64,000 nt of DNA from Sphingobacteriales bacterium (GCA_016721245.1 JADKIQ010000004.1:259058-323057); one strand, 5' to 3'; numbered from the stretch's first letter, positions 31,506 through 39,868 are shown. Notes: generated from the letters alone by a model not told the origin. Translations and numbers: made by a program.

Positions 31506-33020
31506 TTAATTCGTATATTTCTTAAAGAGACCACCAAACTGCATCATTTTTCCTAAATCACTGACCTGGATTTTGCCGGACATAAACACTTCCTGCGGAT
31601 TGAGTTTGCCGGTTTCCACACCTATGTAAGTTTCTGTGGTTGTCGTGATGGTTAGGTCAACGGTCGACATTTGACGGTCGACTGTTGACAGAATTACTTC
31701 CTGATTCATTATTTCAATCAGATAAAAAATGTTATTCTCAAACTCAAACAACACATTTAATTCTATTCCGTTTGCTTTTTCTTTTTTTAATCTGGAAGGA
31801 AGAGTAGTAAATAATTCTTCAATGCTAATGTCTTGATTCCTGGCTCTTGATTCCTGAGCCTGATAATTCACATCATCAATCACCATTTTTGCGATAATCT
31901 CACACATGATTTCTGAAGAGCCACCGCCGATAGTACCTAAACGTGAATCACGGAAAAAGCGAGCCATCTTGTATTCTTCCATATAACCATAACCGCCAAA
32001 CATCTGCAAACACTGATAAGCTACTTTATCAGATAATTCGGTGGCCAGGTATTTTGACATGGATGCTTCTTTAACACAATAATTTTTATCTGCATGCATT
32101 TTACAAACATGATAGGTAAAGGTTTTTACACTTTCTATTTCCGCAGACAGCTGTGCCATTTTGTGTCTTAACACCTGGAATTTATTAATTGTTTTACCAA
32201 AAGCTTTACGTTCATTCATGTATTGCAATGTATATTCCAAAGCCCATTCGGATGATGCGATTGCACCTAATGCAAGCGTCAATCGTTCCAGTTCAAAGCG
32301 CTGCATGATATAATAAAATCCTTTGTTTTCTTCACCCAATAGATTTTCTACCGGTACTTCCACATTATCAAAGGCAATCTCTGCCGTGTCGCTGGCTTTC
32401 CAACCTAATTTCTTCAAGTTATTTCTGGATAAACCTTTGGAGTTTCCTTCCACTAAAATCATCGAAATGCCGCTGGAACCTGTAGATGCTGTTTTACAGG
32501 CAACAATCATATAGTCACAAAAAACACCATTGGTGATAAAGCATTTACTTCCATTGATGATGTATTTATCGCCCTGACGAACGGCGGTGGTTTTAATTCC
32601 TGCCACATCAGAACCTGCATGCGGCTCGGTGATGGCTAGTGCGCCAACCAATTCACCGGCAATGGCTTTCGGTAGATATTTTTCTTTCAGGAAGTCACTG
32701 GCTTCGTGTTTTAAATGCGATAAAGATAAATAGGGATGTGCGGAAATACTGGCTCCGAAACCACCGGAGTTGGATTTGGAGACTTCTTCGATGAAAATCA
32801 CATCATACCAGAAATCAAGATTAGAGCCTCCGTATTTTTCTTCTTGTGTCATGCCGAAATAACCCATGTCGCCGAACTTTTTAAAGAGTTCTTTTGGTAA
32901 ACGTGCATCTTCTTCCCATTGGTCAACAAAAGGTACGACTTCCTTATCTAAAAATTCGCGCAGCGATTTTCGGAACAATTCATGTTCTTCCGTGAGGTAG
33001 TATGATTCTAATGAATTCAT
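31506..33020 (-). CDS. Acyl-CoA dehydrogenase fused to a C-terminal SCP2 domain (paralog of 29896..31407)
   Basis: Collinear with its neighbour ('ITEPHAGSD', 'GGGSSEIMCEIIAK', 'GKLNPQEVFMSGKIQVSDLGKMMQFGGLF'). Confidence 0.85.
   Translation of the reverse strand: MNSLESYYLTEEHELFRKSLREFLDKEVVPFVDQWEEDARLPKELFKKFGDMGYFGMTQEEKYGGSNLDFWYDVIFIEEVSKSNSGGFGASISAHPYLSLSHLKHEASDFLKEKYLPKAIAGELVGALAITEPHAGSDVAGIKTTAVRQGDKYIINGSKCFITNGVFCDYMIVACKTASTGSSGISMILVEGNSKGLSRNNLKKLGWKASDTAEIAFDNVEVPVENLLGEENKGFYYIMQRFELERLTLALGAIASSEWALEYTLQYMNERKAFGKTINKFQVLRHKMAQLSAEIESVKTFTYHVCKMHADKNYCVKEASMSKYLATELSDKVAYQCLQMFGGYGYMEEYKMARFFRDSRLGTIGGGSSEIMCEIIAKMVIDDVNYQAQESRARNQDISIEELFTTLPSRLKKEKANGIELNVLFEFENNIFYLIEIMNQEVILSTVDRQMSTVDLTITTTTETYIGVETGKLNPQEVFMSGKIQVSDLGKMMQFGGLFKKYTN
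31655..31689. repeat. 35-nt heptamer-iterated palindrome inside the ACAD-SCP2 CDS
   Basis: ggtcaac ggtcgac atttgac ggtcgac tgttgac. It is translated on the minus strand as 'LSTVDRQMSTVDL'. Confidence 0.85.
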
Positions 33021-33086
33021 TAATGAAATAATTTAGTAATTATATAATTGTTTATTGTAAAATGAAACTGATACATTATTTCATTA
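33021..33086. repeat. Intercistronic inverted repeat with 12-bp arms taatgaaataat / attatttcatta
   Basis: The arms at 33021-33032 and 33075-33086 are perfect complements. Confidence 0.8.
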
Positions 33087-33088
33087 TT

Positions 33089-33409
33089 TTATTGTTGAAT
33101 TTCTAACTCCAATCTAAGCAAATGGCTACTAAAGTTTTTACCCAACGTATCCATTCGTAAACTTCTGGAAGCACCGCCATCTAAGGCTTCGTGGCAGACG
33201 AAATTTAAGGATTCCAAAGCATCCCATTCAAAGCGTTCTACTTTTCCTTTGATGAGTCCTCTAAAATGTGCTTTTACGATGTCAGACGTTAAATATTTTT
33301 TCAATGTTTCAAAATCTTCTCTGGATTTTGCCATCACACCGATGTTGCACACATTGTTCTTATCGCCGCTGCGTGCACTTGCTATGTCTATTAGTTTGAT
33401 TGTTGCCAT
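33089..33409 (-). CDS. DUF4387-like protein (the C-terminal module of AtuA-type proteins)
   Basis: 'ASARSGDKNNVCNIGVMAK...ERFEWDALESLNFVCHEALDGGASRSLRMDTLGK' and its position right after the DUF1446 gene. The ATG at 33409 is preferred. Confidence 0.6.
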   Translation of the reverse strand: MATIKLIDIASARSGDKNNVCNIGVMAKSREDFETLKKYLTSDIVKAHFRGLIKGKVERFEWDALESLNFVCHEALDGGASRSLRMDTLGKNFSSHLLRLELEIQQ

Positions 33410-33428
33410 TGTTTTTATTTTTTTTTGT

Positions 33429-33490
33429 ATCACAGAGCTTCACAAAGCTTCACTAAGAACTCTTGGTCTTTCTCTGTGTAACTCTGTGAT
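33429..33490. repeat. Intercistronic iterated-word palindrome (cacagag type)
   Basis: atcacagag 33429-33437 pairs with ctctgtgat 33482-33490. The left arm iterates tcacagagct/tcacaaagct/tcactaagaa and the right arm iterates ctctgtgtaa/ctctgtgata. Confidence 0.75.
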
Positions 33491-33494
33491 ATTT

Positions 33495-34886
33495 TTATAA
33501 TTCAACAAAATTAATTTCCTGTTTTATCAATTCCCTAGGTATCAATGTCGGCCATAGGCTGAGCATTGCGCGGTTCATATTGCCCCAGCCCGGTACGGAA
33601 ATCACGCCCGGAGGTCCGTTTAATCCCAGACAGGTAATGCCCGCAATGGCTGTTTTTCCGGTACGGTCGTCTTTGTGTTTTAAGGCGATACGTAATCCCA
33701 GTTCACTGCGTTGATTTAATTCTTCCGCAGGTGGAATATCTACCGCATCTTCATGCAATCCGTTTACACCAATGATATTAAAACGCGATTCAAGAATTTG
33801 AACCGGCAATTTTGCCCAGGTTTCTTTAACCGCCTTGATAAACATCTGTACCTTATCATATGTGTAAGGGTAGGAGAAGAAGAAGAATTGTTCGGTAACA
33901 AATCCTTCGTGCTGCCCCATGACCAGTTTCAGTTTTTCCGGGCGAGGTTTGCCTTTAATGCCGGATAAACTCACGCGGTTTTCTTCCACATCTTCCAGTT
34001 TTATGTTGGATAAATCCACCACTACATCCGGTGTGATATAATTCGTTGGGTCGTGTATTTCATAAACGAGTTGCTCGCGAATCGTATTTCTAGAAACTTT
34101 GCCGCCTGTATGTTGTGCTTTGGTCAGTATCGCAGTACAGTCTTCATTCACATGAGCAATCGGATAGCCTAAGTCGGAAACACTATAATTCATGGGCCAT
34201 TCGGAATAGGCGTTACCACCGCTGGCTTGTCCGCCGCATTCCAGAATATGACCGATGGTGATACCAAATGCCAGTCTGTCCCAATCTTCCTGTGTGGATG
34301 CGTCTTCGATTTTCCAGCCATATTCGTGCGCCATGATGCCGAGAGCGAGACATGGATCCGCCACACGACCGGCCAGGATTAAATTTGCACCCTGATCTAA
34401 CGCATCTTTCACGGCTTGTGCACCTGTATAGACATTCGCATGAGTCACGGGATATTTTGCAGGATAAGGTTCATTGGAATCCAGATTTTCCAACAATAAG
34501 CCTTTCTCTTTAAATTCTTCTAATCGCGTCACGCAATCATCACCTGTAATCGTTGCAATTTTTATACCTTTAATACCTGATTTTTCCAGGATGGCTTTTA
34601 CTTTTTGCGCCGCACTTTCCGGATTTAAACCGCCGCTGTTGGTGACGATTTTAATGCCTTTTGAAAAAGCAATCGGATATAAGGTTCTTGCGTGCACTTC
34701 AATGTCGCGCGCATAGCCCATGGTCGGGTCTTTGATTTTATCCTTTTGTAGAATGGATAAGGTCAATTCTGCCAATGCATCGTGCATCAGGTAATCTGCT
34801 TCTCCCTGCATGGCAATTTGCATTGCACCCAGCGGAGAATCTCCGTAGAAACCCTGTGCGCCGGCTATCCGTATTGTTTTGCTCAT
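33495..34886 (-). CDS. AtuA-family protein (DUF1446, acyclic terpene utilisation family)
   Basis: N-terminal 'IRIAGAQGFYGDSPLGAMQIAMQGEADYLMHDALAELTLSIL...DPTMGYARDIE' matches the AtuA/DUF1446 pattern as I recall it. Confidence 0.7.
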   Translation of the reverse strand: MSKTIRIAGAQGFYGDSPLGAMQIAMQGEADYLMHDALAELTLSILQKDKIKDPTMGYARDIEVHARTLYPIAFSKGIKIVTNSGGLNPESAAQKVKAILEKSGIKGIKIATITGDDCVTRLEEFKEKGLLLENLDSNEPYPAKYPVTHANVYTGAQAVKDALDQGANLILAGRVADPCLALGIMAHEYGWKIEDASTQEDWDRLAFGITIGHILECGGQASGGNAYSEWPMNYSVSDLGYPIAHVNEDCTAILTKAQHTGGKVSRNTIREQLVYEIHDPTNYITPDVVVDLSNIKLEDVEENRVSLSGIKGKPRPEKLKLVMGQHEGFVTEQFFFFSYPYTYDKVQMFIKAVKETWAKLPVQILESRFNIIGVNGLHEDAVDIPPAEELNQRSELGLRIALKHKDDRTGKTAIAGITCLGLNGPPGVISVPGWGNMNRAMLSLWPTLIPRELIKQEINFVEL

Positions 34887-34916
34887 AATTCTAATTTAAT
34901 AATGAAGTAATCAAGC

Positions 34917-34950
34917 AATGAAATAATGCCGTAAAAATCATTATTTCATT
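34917..34950. repeat. Intercistronic perfect 12-bp hairpin aatgaaataatg / cattatttcatt
   Basis: Arms at 34917-34928 and 34939-34950 with a 10-nt loop. Confidence 0.85.
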
Positions 34951-34972
34951 ATTGAATTGTTTTATTGTTTAA

Positions 34973-35797
34973 TTAATTTCCTGTCCAGTTTGCTTTTCGT
35001 TTTTCTTTAAAGGCTGTCAATCCTTCCGCTGCATCTTTGCTGCTTAAGCATTGCATCAGCATGGCGTGCAGGTATTTGTGTTTTTCATCTGCCTTCAGTG
35101 ATTTCATTTCATGGAATGCTTTTAATCCTAAGCGTATCGCCGTTGGGGATTGTTCTTTGATATCATCCACTAATTGTTGCACAGTAGCTTCTAGGTCTTC
35201 TGCTTTGACAACTGCTGATACTAAACCGATTTCTTTTGCTTCCTGTGCGCTCAGTGTTTTGGCGCGCAAACATAAATCCAGTAATTGTCGTGCAGACATT
35301 AATGGTTCTAAAGTTGCCATTACCTGAAATGGAAAAATACCGCGTTTTACTTCCGGCAGTCCGAATTTAGCATCTTCCACAGCGACCACATGCGTGGCGC
35401 CGCCAATCATCAGGAAGCCGCCTGCGTAAACGTCTGCATGTACCTGTGCGATGCATGGTTTGTGCAGGCCGTTGAATTCATCGCCCAGTTTCACCATATC
35501 TTTCGGCATAGGAATAGTGGATGGTTTCTCAGTAGTATCTGCACCGCCGAAGGCTTTTAAATCTGCTCCGGCACAGAAGGTTGGTCCGTTGGCTTTCAGC
35601 ACCACTGCCCAGATGGCATTGTTGTAATGCGCGTAGGCGAGGGCATAGGCCAGTTCATTCGCCAATGGCATGTGAAAGGCGTTGCGTTTATCCGGACGAT
35701 TCAGTGTGATGGTTAATACATTCTCCTTTTCTTCCACAATTAAATATGCGAAAGATTGTTCGGAGAAATTGCTGATGTCTTCTTGTGTGTATAGCAT
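34973..35797 (-). CDS. Enoyl-CoA hydratase/isomerase (crotonase) family protein
   Basis: 'FCAGADLKAF' oxyanion-hole region, 'GLPEVKRGIFP', about 274 aa. Confidence 0.85.
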   Translation of the reverse strand: MLYTQEDISNFSEQSFAYLIVEEKENVLTITLNRPDKRNAFHMPLANELAYALAYAHYNNAIWAVVLKANGPTFCAGADLKAFGGADTTEKPSTIPMPKDMVKLGDEFNGLHKPCIAQVHADVYAGGFLMIGGATHVVAVEDAKFGLPEVKRGIFPFQVMATLEPLMSARQLLDLCLRAKTLSAQEAKEIGLVSAVVKAEDLEATVQQLVDDIKEQSPTAIRLGLKAFHEMKSLKADEKHKYLHAMLMQCLSSKDAAEGLTAFKEKRKANWTGN

Positions 35798-35844
35798 GAT
35801 TTAATTAGATGGTTAGTTAACTAGATAACGATTAATTTCATTTT

Positions 35845-35910
35845 ATTTCGCCACTACGTGGCTGTGTTTGTTTATTACTATTTTCTACCAAGATTTCGTC
35901 ACTACGTGAC
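35845..35910. repeat. Two direct copies of an 18-nt mini-hairpin word (atttcgYcactacgtgRc), 48 nt apart
   Basis: atttcgccactacgtggc at 35845-35862 and atttcgtcactacgtgac at 35893-35910. Each contains a 5-bp stem with a 3-nt loop. Confidence 0.75.
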
Positions 35911-35959
35911 TTGTCATTGCTTCATTGTTTCATTATTGAATTATTTCATTATTACATTG

Positions 35960-37951
35960 TCATTCTTTCATCTTTAACAACAAGGTACCCGCCTCGACGA
36001 ATTGTTTATCGGCAACATACACTTCTTCCACTTCGCCGTCGGTATGGGCTTCGATGGTGCTTTCCATTTTCATAGAAATCATTTTTAACAAGGCATCGCC
36101 TGATTTTACGGTATCGCCTGGTTTTACCAAGACGGTCGTGATTTCGCCAGGCATAGGCGCAATGTAACCGCCCTTCACTATTTCCTCATTTGGATTCGGG
36201 AATCGGTCCACAATATTCAATACAATTTGTCCAAGCTGTGCGGACTGTATAAAGTACTGATGTCCGTTTTGGGAAATGAAGAAGTTGCGACGAATGCCAT
36301 TGATTTCGAGGGTGAGTGATTCGGTCGACGGTCGACGGTCGACAGTCGACTGTTGACTATAAGATGTAAAACTTTTCTCTGCAAATGAAATTTCAAGTGC
36401 ATCACTTTTACTGGTATAGGTAATGGGGAATTCAAATCCGTGGTAAGAATAGGTTTCTTTTTGCGGCTGATAGGCATTATTTCTCCAGCCGGCCGGAACA
36501 CCTTGTGCCACGGTTCTTTCCTGTTGTCGCTGTAAGAATCGATAATGAATCAACGCACAGGTCAGTGTATCCAGTGTTTCCTGAGCATATTTCTCTCCTT
36601 CGTATTTAAATACCTTATCCAGGAAATGTGTATCGAATTTGCCTTGCTGAAAATCTTCATTTTCTAAAATCGCAATGAGGAAATTTTTGTTGGTGGTGAA
36701 ACCTGTACACACCGTTTCCTGCAATCCTTTTCGCAAACGGTTAATGGCTTCCAGTCTGTTCTTGCCCGTGCCGATTACTTTTGCAATCATCGGGTCGTAA
36801 TACGTGGAGATTTCGCTACCGCTTTCAATCCCGGTATCATAGCGCAATCCTTCGGATAAAGAAGGAATCCAGTCGAGGATTTTTCCATTCACCGGCATGA
36901 AATTATTCGCAGGATCTTCCGCGTAAAAACGTACTTCAATGGAATGTCCGTTTTGCTGTATGTCTTCCTGTTTGAACGGAATAGGATTGCCTTGTGCCAC
37001 TTCGATTTGTAGTCGCACCAAATCCAAACCGGTCACCTGTTCTGTAATCGGATGCTCCACCTGTAAGCGTGTATTCACTTCCAGAAAATAAAAGGATTGG
37101 TCGGGAGCCACAATAAATTCTACTGTTCCTGCATTGTCATACTGAATGGCTTTACAGGCAGCTACCGCCGCATCGCCCATTTTTTGCCGCGTTTCTTCGG
37201 TGATGAATGGGGAAGGGCTTTCTTCCACTACTTTCTGATAACGGCGCTGGATGCTGCACTCTCGCTCAAATAAATGCAATGCATTTCCGTGTTTATCCCC
37301 GAATATCTGAAACTCTACGTGACGTGATGTATCGAAATATTTTTCTATTAAAAGTGTATCATCGCCGAAGCTGGAGAGTGCTTCTGATTTTGCTTCGTTG
37401 ATGGCTTTGTCGAGTTCTGATTCCTGACGTACGATACGCATTCCTTTTCCGCCACCACCTGCACTGGCCTTCAGCAACACGGGAAAGCCAATTTCGATGG
37501 CTTTAGCTTTTATCGTAGCTTCACTTTGGTCGTCGCCCTGATAGCCCGGAATGGTAGGCACATTGTGTGACTGCATGATTTTCTTAGCACCAATCTTGGA
37601 ACCCATCACTTCAATCGCCTGCGGATGCGGTCCTACCCAAATGATGCCTTCGTCGTTGCAACGTTTCGCAAATTCTGTTCGTTCTGATAAGAAACCATAA
37701 CCAGGATGTATGGCATTTGCACCGGTTCGTTTTGCGGCATCAATGATTTTATCCATAATGAGATAAGATTCTGAGGGCTGTTTCCCTCCGATGCGAACGG
37801 CTTCATCTGCTAATTTTACAAACAAGGCATTTTCGTCTGCATCAGAAAAGACAGCCACCGTAGCGATGCCCATTTCTTTGCAGGTTTTAAATATACGCAC
37901 CGCAATTTCACCGCGGTTGGCAACTAGTAGTTTGGTTATTTTACTCTTCAT
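35960..37951 (-). CDS. Biotin-dependent acyl-CoA carboxylase alpha subunit (biotin carboxylase plus BCCP; MCCase/GCCase type)
   Basis: 'KLLVANRGEIAVRI', ATP-grasp 'ASAGGGGKGMRIV', and the C-terminal biotinylation motif 'ISMKMES'. The ATG at 37951 is preferred. Confidence 0.9.
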   Translation of the reverse strand: MKSKITKLLVANRGEIAVRIFKTCKEMGIATVAVFSDADENALFVKLADEAVRIGGKQPSESYLIMDKIIDAAKRTGANAIHPGYGFLSERTEFAKRCNDEGIIWVGPHPQAIEVMGSKIGAKKIMQSHNVPTIPGYQGDDQSEATIKAKAIEIGFPVLLKASAGGGGKGMRIVRQESELDKAINEAKSEALSSFGDDTLLIEKYFDTSRHVEFQIFGDKHGNALHLFERECSIQRRYQKVVEESPSPFITEETRQKMGDAAVAACKAIQYDNAGTVEFIVAPDQSFYFLEVNTRLQVEHPITEQVTGLDLVRLQIEVAQGNPIPFKQEDIQQNGHSIEVRFYAEDPANNFMPVNGKILDWIPSLSEGLRYDTGIESGSEISTYYDPMIAKVIGTGKNRLEAINRLRKGLQETVCTGFTTNKNFLIAILENEDFQQGKFDTHFLDKVFKYEGEKYAQETLDTLTCALIHYRFLQRQQERTVAQGVPAGWRNNAYQPQKETYSYHGFEFPITYTSKSDALEISFAEKSFTSYSQQSTVDRRPSTESLTLEINGIRRNFFISQNGHQYFIQSAQLGQIVLNIVDRFPNPNEEIVKGGYIAPMPGEITTVLVKPGDTVKSGDALLKMISMKMESTIEAHTDGEVEEVYVADKQFVEAGTLLLKMKE
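36323..36357. repeat. 35-nt heptamer-iterated GTCGAC palindrome inside the carboxylase alpha CDS
   Basis: ggtcgac x3, agtcgac, tgttgac, giving four GTCGAC sites within 27 nt. It is translated on the minus strand as 'QQSTVDRRPSTE'. Confidence 0.9.
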
Positions 37952-37960
37952 AATCTTATT

Positions 37961-38052
37961 TTTAAACCGCAAAGAATTCTAAGTTTCTCGCAAAGTAAAC
38001 AAGGTAATCTTTGTCTACTTTGCGTTTTTACTTTGCGTTCTTTGCGGTTAAA
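37961..38052. repeat. Intercistronic iterated-word palindrome (cgcaaag / ctttgcg type)
   Basis: aaccgcaaagaa 37965-37976 pairs with ttctttgcggtt 38038-38049. An inner cgcaaagta pairs with two tactttgcg copies. Confidence 0.8.
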
Positions 38053-38054
38053 TT

Positions 38055-39653
38055 TTACATTCTATAAACTCCCCAGGCATTCGTACCTTTTACTTCATTC
38101 ATATAAGTTAATGCTAAGACCAAGCCGAATACATGTCGGGTATCTCTCGGGTCGATGATGCCATCATCCCAAAGTTGGCCCGTAGCAAAAAACGCATTAC
38201 TTTGTTTCTCTATTTCTGCTTTCATAAACTCTTTCATTTGTGTTGCCTGTGCTTCATCGAATTGCTGTCCACTTTTTAAAGCAGCCTCACGGCTTACCAT
38301 TTGCATGACACCTGCCAACTGTTCAGAACCCATTACTGCAATCATGCTGTTAGGGTATGAGAACAGGAAGCGTGGATTGTAGGCACGTCCGCACATGGCG
38401 TAGTTGCCCGCACCATAAGATGCGCCCATCATCAGGGTAAACATCGGCACTTCGGAGTTGGAGACAGCATTAATCATTTTAGCTCCGTCTTTGATCATTC
38501 CGTTTTGCTCATATTCTTTACCCACCATAAAGCCTGTGATGTTCTGCAGGAACAGGATAGGGGTATTGTTCATATTACACAACTGTATAAAATGTGCACC
38601 TTTGTTGGCTGAGTCGTTGAATAATACACCATTATTACCAATAATGGCTATCGGATATCCGTGAATCTTGGCATAACCGCAAATTAGGGTTGTGCCGTAT
38701 TCTTTTTTGAATTCATGAAACTCGGAACCATCCACCAAACGTGCAATTACTTCACGGCAATCGAATGGTACTTTGGTATCAACCGAAACTATACCGAGAA
38801 GTTCGTCAATTGGATAATTTGGTTCTTTATATACACTTGTAGCGGATGTTTCATGTTTCAAATCAAGATTAGCCATCAATTCTCTGGCGATACGAATTCC
38901 GTCGAGTTCATCCTGCGCTAAATAATCTGACACTCCGGAAATCTTGGAATGCATTTCCGCGCCACCTAAAGTTTCATCATCCACAATTTCATTGGTCGCC
39001 ATTTTTACCAAGGGCGGTCCAGCTAAAAATACTTTTGCTTTTCCTTTGATAAAAATCGTATAATCGGACATACCAGGAATATAGGCGCCACCGGCAGTCG
39101 AATTGCCAAATACAATAGAAATCGTTGGAATACCTTTTTTAGAACGTCGGGTGATTTCTTTAAAGTTATTACCTCCTAAATTGAACACCTGCGCCTGATC
39201 GGGTAAGTTAGCACCTGCACTTTCCACTAAGTTAATGGAAGGTAAATTATTCTCATTACCGATTTCATTGATGCGCAATGCTTTTTTCAAGGTAGCAATA
39301 TCAATCGCTCCACCTTTATTGGTACCTACATTGGCCGTAATCAGACACATTTTACCGGAAACGAAACCGATTCCGGCTACCATGGTGCCACCTGTACCAA
39401 AACCGCCTTTTACACCCAAACCTGCTAATGGTAAGAGTTCTAAAAAGGGTGAATCCTGATCGAGTACCATTTCTATACGTTCTCTTGCCAGCAATTTACC
39501 CTGAGATTTGGCTTTTGCCAGATGCTTCTCTTCTCCCTGAAACAAGGATTGCTTCAGGTGTTTATTCAACTCATCAATTTTTGCCAGCATCTTCTGATAG
39601 TTCTCTTTGTATGCGGCTGAGTTGGTGTTTACCTTTGATTTTATGACTGACAT
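38055..39653 (-). CDS. Acyl-CoA carboxylase beta subunit (carboxyltransferase; methylcrotonyl-/geranyl-CoA carboxylase type)
   Basis: 532 aa. The overall sequence is a typical MccB/AtuC-like carboxyltransferase ('GGTMVAGIGFVSG', 'GNSTAGGAYIPGMSD', 'SYGAGNYAMCGRAY'). Confidence 0.9.
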   Translation of the reverse strand: MSVIKSKVNTNSAAYKENYQKMLAKIDELNKHLKQSLFQGEEKHLAKAKSQGKLLARERIEMVLDQDSPFLELLPLAGLGVKGGFGTGGTMVAGIGFVSGKMCLITANVGTNKGGAIDIATLKKALRINEIGNENNLPSINLVESAGANLPDQAQVFNLGGNNFKEITRRSKKGIPTISIVFGNSTAGGAYIPGMSDYTIFIKGKAKVFLAGPPLVKMATNEIVDDETLGGAEMHSKISGVSDYLAQDELDGIRIARELMANLDLKHETSATSVYKEPNYPIDELLGIVSVDTKVPFDCREVIARLVDGSEFHEFKKEYGTTLICGYAKIHGYPIAIIGNNGVLFNDSANKGAHFIQLCNMNNTPILFLQNITGFMVGKEYEQNGMIKDGAKMINAVSNSEVPMFTLMMGASYGAGNYAMCGRAYNPRFLFSYPNSMIAVMGSEQLAGVMQMVSREAALKSGQQFDEAQATQMKEFMKAEIEKQSNAFFATGQLWDDGIIDPRDTRHVFGLVLALTYMNEVKGTNAWGVYRM

Positions 39654-39742
39654 ATATCTTAAACTTTATAGTTTATTGAACATGATTCTTCGTTGTGCGT
39701 AGAATGACAAACAAGTTTACGCAATTTCTTTCTATTTGACTA

Positions 39743-39756
39743 AACGTTTGGTAAAA
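39743..39756 (+). promoter_or_regulatory. Candidate operator word AACGTTTGGTAAAA (copy 1) in the divergent promoter region
   Basis: An exact 14-mer shared with 39830-39843. It contains the palindromic core AACGTT. Confidence 0.35.
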
Positions 39757-39829
39757 TATTTTATGTAAAGTTTGTGTTAATATTTTATATTTATCAGTAT
39801 ATCAGTATTTTATGAGTTATTAACAAACG

Positions 39830-39843
39830 AACGTTTGGTAAAA
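39830..39843 (+). promoter_or_regulatory. Candidate operator word AACGTTTGGTAAAA (copy 2), next to the putative -33/-7 elements of the SCP2 gene
   Basis: An exact 14-mer repeat, followed by TTTG (39845-39848) and TACTTTTG (39869-39876). Confidence 0.35.
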
Positions 39844-39868
39844 ATTTGGTTATTTGAAAATAATAAAT

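Noticed and set aside
36217-36501. A 94-aa ORF in an alternative frame across the GTCGAC heptad array ('...STVDRRPNHS...')
   Set aside because: It lies inside the well-supported carboxylase alpha CDS. It stays open only because the self-complementary repeat lacks stop codons in several frames.
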